From an uncultured virus (IMG/VR IMGVR_UViG_3300024270_000037) (Duplodnaviria; Heunggongvirae; Uroviricota; Caudoviricetes), in the IMG/VR virus record IMGVR_UViG_3300024270_000037: a stretch of 64,000 nucleotides of DNA. One strand, 5' to 3'. The first letter of the stretch is position 1, and each line of letters begins with the position of its first letter. The position numbers and the translations under genes are program-made. Shown here in pieces: positions 56,012 to 64,000 of this stretch. The notes below the pieces were generated by a model that ran no database searches, was not told where the DNA came from, and saw only the letters and a program-made list of their open reading frames with translations.

Positions 56012-57050
56012 TTGCAGATGTCATATTTAACATCTCTTTCTGAAATTCTGCGAATGAATCCATATCGTCTGTATCGAATCCACTATCAGTCATAATATCA
56101 ATTAACAATCCATCATAATCTTTATTATATGCGGATTTTTTCTTATTTTTCTTTTTCTTCTTAGGAGGTTTAAATACACTGGCAACACGTTTACTATAAG
56201 AGTTCTTCTTCATAAGTTTATAAGAATTCCAACCAAGATCATTCAACTTATGATAAATATCAAGTTCTTTCATAGTGCCTGTAGATAGCATCATATTATT
56301 ATATACAGCATATCCAGTATCACTATCCTCCATATATTCATCCTTACCATAATAATATTGGTCATAATCAGCTCTCATAAGTTCACTAATTAGAACCTTA
56401 TTATTATCTTTATTTTTCTTCTTCTTTTTCTTTTTATCTTTCTTAGAATTAAAGTTTTTATTTCTAAAATAGTTATCAAGATAATCAAAGTCGTCTTTAA
56501 AACTTTGAGACTTAATATTTTTCATCTTAGTATTAGAAGAACTATCATAGTAGATATCTTCAACAATTTTATCTTTAGATTGTTTTACTATAGTATCTTC
56601 TCCTTTAGAATTAGGACTATAATAATTCTCTTCAAGATATTCATCAAATTTATCATCATCAATTAAATATCTACCGGTATTACTTACAATAATATTATGC
56701 TTCTTTAAGAACTTTAATTCTTTAGTATTTTTAATTCTAGGCTTCGGAGGAACATAGTCTTCGATAAGACCTCTCTTTTTCTTAAGCTTAAAAAGATCCA
56801 TACCTCCATGTTTTTCAGCAAGATATTCCATATATTCTTTATATAATGACATAGCATAATAATATTTATTAATATCTCTATATCTTGCTTTAATGTTACG
56901 AACTTCCCTTTCAAACTCCGTACTTGGTTCATTATCACCTCGATGATAATTATCACCATAGTCTAAAACATATACTTCCATCAAACGAGAATCTCGTTTA
57001 ACAAAATTATTTCTAGCCGGAGTCACGTTAATATTAATCAATGATGTCAC
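55998..57050 (-). CDS. hypothetical protein with poly-Lys tracts
   Basis: 350-aa ORF, GTG start; early-motif variant at 57092-57104. Confidence 0.6.
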   Translation of the reverse strand: MTSLININVTPARNNFVKRDSRLMEVYVLDYGDNYHRGDNEPSTEFEREVRNIKARYRDINKYYYAMSLYKEYMEYLAEKHGGMDLFKLKKKRGLIEDYVPPKPRIKNTKELKFLKKHNIIVSNTGRYLIDDDKFDEYLEENYYSPNSKGEDTIVKQSKDKIVEDIYYDSSSNTKMKNIKSQSFKDDFDYLDNYFRNKNFNSKKDKKKKKKKNKDNNKVLISELMRADYDQYYYGKDEYMEDSDTGYAVYNNMMLSTGTMKELDIYHKLNDLGWNSYKLMKKNSYSKRVASVFKPPKKKKKNKKKSAYNKDYDGLLIDIMTDSGFDTDDMDSFAEFQKEMLNMTSANVFK

Positions 57051-57102
57051 CTACTTAAATTTTAATATTATAGTTTCTTGACTATACTGATATAATATAT
57101 AA

Positions 57103-57696
57103 TTATAAAAGTATTTGATTTTCATAATCGATATTTTTCGATTTAATCAATGATTCTTTTATTTTTAATTGTTTATTATACTTTTTATATTCTTTAGAAA
57201 CTATATTATCACACTTTTTATTTTGTTGATAAATGAATAAAAAGTCATCGAATGAGATTTCTACATTATTTCTTTTACAGAATTCATTATGAGCTTCTCT
57301 TAATTTATGACCTGATACATGAGATTTAATATGATAAAAAGATACTTTATTATTAAATTTACTAATAGTATCTTTAATCTCATTAATAATTGTATTACTG
57401 AATGTATCATCTACACAGTTCTTATCTGATAATATAATACTTATAGATGTTAATGAATCTGTATAGATACTGATATGAAAATCATCATCTAATATATTTT
57501 TCTGCACACAATAACCATATGCTCGTGAAAGTATTTTATTAATAGCAAATAGTTCAGCAAATGTACTCGATTTCCATAATATTACTTTTTCATAAGTTAA
57601 TACCTTCTTTCTATCCACATACATCCGTCCTGTAGAGACTGCCACTTTTCCTTTCTTAAAACTTCCACCATCTGTAAATAAGTTTATATTTATCAT
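57103..57696 (-). CDS. rnhA: ribonuclease HI
   Basis: LFTDGG, AELFAI, IYTDS, HIKSH, N..CD catalytic pattern. Confidence 0.8.
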   Translation of the reverse strand: MININLFTDGGSFKKGKVAVSTGRMYVDRKKVLTYEKVILWKSSTFAELFAINKILSRAYGYCVQKNILDDDFHISIYTDSLTSISIILSDKNCVDDTFSNTIINEIKDTISKFNNKVSFYHIKSHVSGHKLREAHNEFCKRNNVEISFDDFLFIYQQNKKCDNIVSKEYKKYNKQLKIKESLIKSKNIDYENQILL

Positions 57697-58139
57697 TTAG
57701 TTTTCCATCCTTTAAACTTATACACATACTCACCATGTAATCCTGTTTTTATTGGTTGTGTTATATGTGTGTCATCGAATGATATAATATTATTGGAAAG
57801 TATTGATTTCAAATTAATAACATTATTACAAAATTCATCAGCTAATCGAGTAGAATAATGAATCATACAGAATTTAATATTATTCAACTTTATACCATTC
57901 TCATAAGTAAAGATGATAATATCCTCAATATTTTTTGTAGTTCTATCATTAGAAGTTTTTATACTAACAAATGAAATATTAAAAATATTATTAATATCAT
58001 AATTATTATGAGTTATATACTTAATAGGATCAAAATTATCATTTAATATATTTTCTCGTATATATTGAGCTGTATAACCTCCTGTAGAATGGTCTTTTTT
58101 ACCATTTACACATATTCTATAATATCTATGATTTCCCAC
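57693..58139 (-). CDS. hypothetical protein
   Basis: 148-aa ORF, GTG start with AGGAG RBS. Confidence 0.55.
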   Translation of the reverse strand: MGNHRYYRICVNGKKDHSTGGYTAQYIRENILNDNFDPIKYITHNNYDINNIFNISFVSIKTSNDRTTKNIEDIIIFTYENGIKLNNIKFCMIHYSTRLADEFCNNVINLKSILSNNIISFDDTHITQPIKTGLHGEYVYKFKGWKTK

Positions 58140-58209
58140 ATTAATTCTCCTTTTTTACATTAAAAATACAAGATATAAGTTTTAAAACTTATATCTTGTA
58201 TTTATTTTT

Positions 58210-58869
58210 TTATTGCTCAATCACTTGAGGTAAATTGAATCCATCCACATTCAAATATACATATTTCTTTTCAAGTATAGATGTGTCAGGATTAATAATT
58301 TCTTTAGACATTCTTAATTTAGTCTGAAGAATATTCTGTGTACTATCACTTATATAAGTACCATATTCTTCGATGAAAGATAAATAATTACCATACACAT
58401 TCTGTAATGGAATAAATATTTTTCCATCATGATATAACTGATGTACTGTAGCAGATAAAGGTACTAAACCAACTTGATTTTTATAGTGTAATTCCATCAC
58501 TTCTTCAGCAATAAGTAAAGGATTAACATCCATATCCAAATCAATCCATTTGTCAACTACAGTTTGTACAATAGTGAATAAATCCATAGGTTCATGATGA
58601 ATCTCAATGGAAATTCCAGAATTAGGATTCTTATTAGTTACTTTTTCAAAGAATGTACATTCTGTCATGTCGATGTGTTCTTTTAAGAATTTAATATAAT
58701 CCTTATACTCAATAGATTTTCTAACAATAGACTCAATATGTTTTATCAATCTAATCTTATCTTTATCTGACATGACAATATATTCCATTTGTACTTTAGG
58801 TACATTTGAAATATTTAATACTTCAAATAACTTCTCATTACTATAATTCTCAACCTTTGGTACTCTCAA
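58210..58869 (-). CDS. HNH-like fold protein (paralog of 50836-51489)
   Basis: VRKSIEY..YI...C...IEIHHEP..LF...HY.N.VGLVPLSATVHQLYH; late motif at 58895-58906. Confidence 0.5.
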   Translation of the reverse strand: MRVPKVENYSNEKLFEVLNISNVPKVQMEYIVMSDKDKIRLIKHIESIVRKSIEYKDYIKFLKEHIDMTECTFFEKVTNKNPNSGISIEIHHEPMDLFTIVQTVVDKWIDLDMDVNPLLIAEEVMELHYKNQVGLVPLSATVHQLYHDGKIFIPLQNVYGNYLSFIEEYGTYISDSTQNILQTKLRMSKEIINPDTSILEKKYVYLNVDGFNLPQVIEQ

Positions 58870-58904
58870 CGATTACCACCTCACAATTCTTTATTACATT
58901 TATG

Positions 58905-60125
58905 TTACCAATCTTGTAAAGTGGAATTTTCGATTATATCCTTAGTATCTTTTCTATTTGGTAAATATCTATCATACAGATATTTATTAATATTAATTAT
59001 CTCATCATATATAACCTCATTACTATCTGTTATAGCATTCAGATCATCATATAATTTATAAAAACTGTATTGAATAATTTTTCTATCTTCATCATTAAAA
59101 TTCATAAGATTTAAATTTTGTAATACAAACTTTAGTAGATGTTGTAATGCTAAACAATCTCTACTCATATATTCTTCCATATCAATATATTCATAGTTAA
59201 ATATTACAGCATCATTAGTAGTATAATAATCACAATATTCTACTAATTCATAATTACTAAATTCAAATGAATTTCTTATTTCATCAGGTATTTCATCCTC
59301 ATTAAGTTTCTTTACCTTATATTTTCCTTTACGATTATTAAGAAAATTATCTAATAGATTTTTATCTGTGGTGTATCCTATGAAGTGGTTATCTTTAAAT
59401 ATAATATAATATTTCATTATGGATCTAATACATTAGCAACGAACCATCTCATTGCTTCACTATTATTAAATAAAGATTCATAAGCTTCTCCCCCATCTTC
59501 ATATTGACCACGCAACATATAATCTTGATAATCAAGTAAATAATCTATAAGATATTTCATAAGGTATTTTTCTTCTTCTGTTAATTTAAAGAATTTAATA
59601 TTATCTATTAATGTATCAATTTGCTTTAATACATCTTGTTGAAATTGTTGAAAAGATTCTAAAAAATATTCTTCTTCATCACAAGTCACATAAGTTCCTT
59701 CATAATAATTTATAAATTCAGTATTAACTGATAAAACAGCTTTACAATACTTATCATTTTTAATTTTCTTTACTTTAAGACCTTTTCTAGCTTTTAAAAT
59801 TTTCTTAGCTTCATCTTTATAATAAGTATGGCCATGAAATCCTAATGATTTGTTACCAAAAATATATACATGTTTAGGTTCCTTATTCTCCATATTTTTT
59901 AATCACCTTTTTAACTTTTATATACTTTTTAGTTTCTTCAATACTATCACATTTTTCAACTTTATTAAGTTTTTTATCAATCATTTTAATTGATTCTTCT
60001 AATAGTTTCTTATGCTTAGTATCTTCAATATTTAAGAATGATATTAATTTTTCAATATCATTTAAAGATCCTCTCATAGTTTTAGTGAATTTTTCTATAG
60101 CTAACTCTTTATCAAGTTTATCCAT
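58905..60125 (-). other. three-gene hypothetical operon (58905-59417, 59417-59893, 59883-60125)
   Basis: Overlapping ORFs behind the early motif at 60146-60158. Confidence 0.65.
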
Positions 60126-60282
60126 TACATAATCACCTCATATTAATAATATATATTTATAAAGAAGTTTAACCATTTGTAGGAACATAGAAAATTCGTA
60201 AAATTAATATACTCAAATATATATTATTAAGATAAGAGAGAAAGAATAACTCTCAATATACAAACTAGAAAGGAATACGCAT

Positions 60283-60978
60283 ATGTTAACACTCAAAATC
60301 CAAAAAGAATTCATGGAATGGATTGTTGCATTATTAAACGCAATAATCAAAGAACTCAAGACAGTTGGTATTTTATCTGAAGATTATAAATATTTTAAAC
60401 ACAGGTTCAAAAACCGGAAACGGAAATCCCATAGTATTAAAGTTATCAGAGATGTAGAGACAGATTTTATTATTATCCAACTTGAAATGAAATTAGTTAA
60501 AGATAGTCTTTTACTAATGAGAAAAATCATACATAGAGTGATTCCGGTATTAGTTGGTATTAAAAGCTTTTTTGATATCTTTAACAATAAAGATAATGAG
60601 ATTGTTAAAGACATGGAAGTTCTCAAAGAACTTTGGAAAGATAGATATGTATATTATATCTTTAATCTTCCTGAAGATAAAGACAAATTCTTTAAAGGTA
60701 CTCAGTTTATTGCTAAAACAATTGATCGTGATGAATGGGAAGTTGTATATATTAAATATGGAGTACCTAAAGATAATAAAAAGAGAGCAAAAATTGAAAA
60801 TGATATGAAACGTACTACAGCAAGTATTGTTCAACAGTGGATTGTTGACCATATGACTCCTGCTGGAGAAAGTTTTGAAAGCTTTGAGCAGGCAAAATAT
60901 CGTTTGATGAATGGTGATGATGATTCTGAAATCACTATTCCTCAGGATGAATTTAAGGAGGAGAAGAAACATGATTGA
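60283..60978 (+). CDS. hypothetical protein
   Basis: 231 aa, AGAAAGGA RBS, early motif at 60215-60227. Confidence 0.65.
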   Translation: MLTLKIQKEFMEWIVALLNAIIKELKTVGILSEDYKYFKHRFKNRKRKSHSIKVIRDVETDFIIIQLEMKLVKDSLLLMRKIIHRVIPVLVGIKSFFDIFNNKDNEIVKDMEVLKELWKDRYVYYIFNLPEDKDKFFKGTQFIAKTIDRDEWEVVYIKYGVPKDNKKRAKIENDMKRTTASIVQQWIVDHMTPAGESFESFEQAKYRLMNGDDDSEITIPQDEFKEEKKHD

Positions 60979-61201
60979 ACTTAAAACTGATGGTATTTCA
61001 TTAGTCTATGAAGATAATGAACTCAAATTACAAAGAAATCTTCGTATCGATAAACTCTCAGGACAAATTCGAATTATGGAGTATGATATGAATACAGGAG
61101 AACTAGTTAATAAAATTAGCTGTAATGTATTTCAATTAGACTCTTTTGAGAATATTGATAAGTACGCACATAAGCTTACTGAAGAAATTCTTAATGGATA
61201 A
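60971..61201 (+). CDS. hypothetical protein
   Basis: ATG at 60971 after AGGAGGAG, overlapping the upstream stop. Confidence 0.6.
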   Translation: MIELKTDGISLVYEDNELKLQRNLRIDKLSGQIRIMEYDMNTGELVNKISCNVFQLDSFENIDKYAHKLTEEILNG

Positions 61202-61262
61202 ATAATTATGGGTATGAGGAGAAAATCCTCATACCCATTTATTTTTTTATTATAATGAAAAT

Positions 61263-62606
61263 TTAAATATAATCTTTATATTGCTCCTTAACTTCAGCCA
61301 TATGTCCACAAGTTAACTTACCTTCCTTACATTTACCAGTTGTAACACAAGGAGGAATAGCATATTTTTTAACTAAATGAGGATATGTATTATGTAGAAT
61401 CTTAAATTTCTTTAAGTACAGTTCACGAATTTCTTCCTGTGCAGTATAACAAAGTCTATCCTTAAAAATATTATTATCATTTCTAATATTAGAGGATACA
61501 ACAAATCTAATAGCTGCGGCATTTAACATAAATTGCATTAAGAACTGAATATCATATTTTTTATTATACTTAGCATAAAAATCTTCATACTCATCAATTA
61601 AAGCATGGAATTCAGTTAAGAATTGATCATTATAAATAATGGACTTAGGGATAACATATTCTCTATCCTTACCACAGACTAAATCTTTTAAAGCTTCTCT
61701 TCTAATATTCTGAAGTCTATGTCTAATAACTTGATGATATGCTGCTAAAGAACAAGTCATCGCAAATTTAGTTCTGGAATGTTCATTGATACCATGATGA
61801 CCATATCCTAACACATTTCTACAGATCTTTAAATCATTAGCTTCAGTATCAGGACCCCAAGAATTATAAACTTCATCAGGAGAAGCTTCATTCTGACTTG
61901 CTAATGCAGCTACTGCTACATTATTCATAGAATTAAGCATATAAATAGGATTAATCAGAGAAAGATCCTTAATATTTTCTTTAAAATAATTGTCATTAAT
62001 ACGATTATCAGTCTGAGTATTATAATATGCAGCTACAGTTAAATTATGATACAGTTTAAAAGGAATCAATTTTTCCATATCTTCCTGAAGAGATTTAAAA
62101 ATTAAAGGATATTTAGTAAATAAAATAAATAGATCAATTAACTTATCTGCACTCATGCTAACTACAAGATGAGTAGACATGGCTAAAGGCAGTACAGATC
62201 GTCCATCTTCATACATAATACCATGAACAAAATCTTCTTTAGCAGGACGACCCTTTTTATTAGGATTAACTAATTCAGTCATTTTATTATATAAATTAAT
62301 GGATTTATTTACCAATGTAGAACCTTCAATAATTAATTCTTCAGGAGTATTATCTAAGAATTTAATAAATTTATTATTAACAGGGACATATCTCTGAGAT
62401 TGCTGTACATAAGAGAATCCTGCTTCACAAATTAATGTACTCTGGAGTCTATTAATACCAGATAACACAAATGAAACATTTTCAGCCATTAATAAATTCT
62501 GTAACTCATTAAAATTAAAATATTTGTCAGAATAACGTCTAAGATAATCATTAATCTTTTCCATATTATCAAATTGAAAATTTTTAATATAATAAGTAGT
62601 ATTCAT
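61263..62606 (-). CDS. thyX: FAD-dependent thymidylate synthase with two tandem ThyX domains
   Basis: Domain 1: SYVQQSQRY..EDGRSVLP; domain 2: GHHGINEH..HQVIRHR..RLC..AQEEIR..P.C...C.EG..TCG. Confidence 0.8.
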   Translation of the reverse strand: MNTTYYIKNFQFDNMEKINDYLRRYSDKYFNFNELQNLLMAENVSFVLSGINRLQSTLICEAGFSYVQQSQRYVPVNNKFIKFLDNTPEELIIEGSTLVNKSINLYNKMTELVNPNKKGRPAKEDFVHGIMYEDGRSVLPLAMSTHLVVSMSADKLIDLFILFTKYPLIFKSLQEDMEKLIPFKLYHNLTVAAYYNTQTDNRINDNYFKENIKDLSLINPIYMLNSMNNVAVAALASQNEASPDEVYNSWGPDTEANDLKICRNVLGYGHHGINEHSRTKFAMTCSLAAYHQVIRHRLQNIRREALKDLVCGKDREYVIPKSIIYNDQFLTEFHALIDEYEDFYAKYNKKYDIQFLMQFMLNAAAIRFVVSSNIRNDNNIFKDRLCYTAQEEIRELYLKKFKILHNTYPHLVKKYAIPPCVTTGKCKEGKLTCGHMAEVKEQYKDYI

Positions 62607-62625
62607 GATTGTTTGTCTCCTTTTT

Positions 62626-63153
62626 TTATTTTCTAAGTATAGATTTAGTATATAGTATAGTTATATTAACTAAGTCATTATAACTAATATTATATTCTTT
62701 TTTTAATTCTTTTAATTTATTTTTAAATATTTTATATCTCGTATTATATATATTCTTAGTATTAGTTTCAGATAATGATATAATATGAGTTATTTCATTT
62801 GAATCATCATCAATTTCTATAATTAGATAGGAGTACCATTTAAAGATATGATTTAAGAACATAACAAATTTAGATAATAAGATACGAATAATAATAACCT
62901 CGTATAATTCTATAAAATCTGTAGTAATTGGTAAAATTTCTTCTTTTATTAAAGTATCAATTTCATTAATTTTATTTTTATTATCATTTACAGTAGGTTT
63001 GATTTGGTCATTAAATGTCCAATTTATTTCATTGACAGTGCCTGAAATTTTTTCTATTTTAGGAATAACTTCATCATTAAATTTATCAGTTATGCTACTA
63101 ACTGAGTCCTTTAAAGTTGGTGTAATATCTAATAAAGATGTAATTGCCATCAA
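62626..63153 (-). CDS. hypothetical coiled-coil/membrane protein
   Basis: 175-aa ORF with AAGGAG RBS. Confidence 0.5.
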   Translation of the reverse strand: MMAITSLLDITPTLKDSVSSITDKFNDEVIPKIEKISGTVNEINWTFNDQIKPTVNDNKNKINEIDTLIKEEILPITTDFIELYEVIIIRILLSKFVMFLNHIFKWYSYLIIEIDDDSNEITHIISLSETNTKNIYNTRYKIFKNKLKELKKEYNISYNDLVNITILYTKSILRK

Positions 63154-63220
63154 ATTATTCTCCTTTCATAAATTCATATTATTATAAAGTTTACTTAGTA
63201 ATAAAATCAAAATAAATAAT

Positions 63221-63233
63221 AAATATATATTAT
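63221..63233 (+). promoter_or_regulatory. putative early promoter AAATATATATTAT
   Basis: Exact match 64 nt upstream of the ATG at 63297. Confidence 0.65.
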
Positions 63234-63296
63234 TTAAATGAATCCAAGCAAATATATAAAATTGTAACAACCAAAAAAGAAAGGAAATTTTTGTTT

Positions 63297-64000
63297 ATGT
63301 GTGCAGCTAAGAAGACCCCCAACAAGAATGATATGGATAAGACCATTGAGAATAAGGTTGAGCCTTTATTTGATGTGGCTAATATGACTATTAAGGATAT
63401 TAAAAAGCATCCTATTAAAGATGATGAAATTCGTAATGCAATTGAAGTATATTACGATATGCAAGATATTCGTATTAGAACTGGTAATCGTAAAAGTGCA
63501 GTTGCTAGAGAAGAATTGAAGAAGATGAAAGAGGAAGCTATTCAGAATGGAAAATCTGTTGATACTATCGATTGTGAACAGCCTGTTTATCTTCAATATA
63601 TTGAAAACCAGTTTAAAGAAACTGAAACAACAATTTCTAAGTTCCTTGGTTATTATGCAAAATCTCATCCTATCGGAAAATGGATGCTTAGTATCAAGGG
63701 TGTTGGTCCTGTCATTGCTGCAGGTATGCTTGCATATATTGATATTAAAAAATGTAATACTGCAGGTTCCATTTGGAATTATGCTGGCTGGGATGGTTCT
63801 CGTAAAGTTAGAACTGCTGGACAAAAAATTACATGGAATCCTAAATTTAGAGTTTTGTGTTGGAAACTTGGTGAATCCTTTGTAAAAACTTCTAATAATA
63901 AAGATGATATTTATGGTCATCTTTATAGAGAAAAGAAGTCTTGGTATGAAGCTAAAAATGAAGCAGGTGGATTTGCAGAAAAAGCTGCAGAAGAATTGAA
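63297..64000 (+). CDS. 3'-truncated Nop-domain (IS110-related) protein lacking N-terminal RuvC: Tas (TasA-like) candidate
   Basis: Own translation: MCAAKK...YYDMQDIRIRTGNR...HPIGKWMLSIKGVGPVIAAGMLAYIDIKKCNTAGSIWNYAGW...WNPKFRVLCWKLGESFVK...YGHLYREKK; AGAAAGGA RBS; frame open to the window end. Confidence 0.8.
   Translation, partial: MCAAKKTPNKNDMDKTIENKVEPLFDVANMTIKDIKKHPIKDDEIRNAIEVYYDMQDIRIRTGNRKSAVAREELKKMKEEAIQNGKSVDTIDCEQPVYLQYIENQFKETETTISKFLGYYAKSHPIGKWMLSIKGVGPVIAAGMLAYIDIKKCNTAGSIWNYAGWDGSRKVRTAGQKITWNPKFRVLCWKLGESFVKTSNNKDDIYGHLYREKKSWYEAKNEAGGFAEKAAEEL

Noticed and set aside
63366..63920. Track ORFs 63366-63920 (-) and 63547-63885 (+)
   Set aside because: Shadows of the real frame starting at 63297.
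63297..64000. IS110 transposase / insertion sequence
   Set aside because: No N-terminal DEDD RuvC domain or catalytic-serine loop, and the gene sits behind a phage promoter motif and phage-like RBS.

Overview
A 64-kb, very AT-rich segment of a jumbo bacteriophage genome, most similar in organisation to AR9/PBS1/phiKZ-type phages with their own multisubunit RNA polymerases; the host is probably a Firmicute (inference). It holds a virion/tail module (1-10.2 kb), ppk1, class II ribonucleotide reductase, dCTP deaminase, dozens of small hypothetical and zinc-ribbon genes, and two split RNAP beta' subunits. One beta' subunit is interrupted by four group I introns (two with HNH ORFs, a 22-nt micro-exon, one intron apparently ending in A instead of G). 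Also present: three tRNAs in a cluster of structured non-coding transcription units next to an Hfq-like gene, RNase H, a kinase-like protein and a tandem-domain ThyX. The top finding is a non-coding dual-repeat array (about 19-20 units of 36-40 nt, TGATTCATT-N9-TGATACTAT-N9) at 53.0-53.7 kb plus an IS110-related Nop-domain gene without a RuvC domain that starts at 63297 and is absent from the ORF track. Together they form a candidate TIGR-Tas RNA-guided system with the array about 9.6 kb from its effector. Two phage promoter motifs (AAATATATATTAT and AACA-N6-TA) partition genes into putative early and late classes. All assignments come from motif recognition by eye; no database searches were run.
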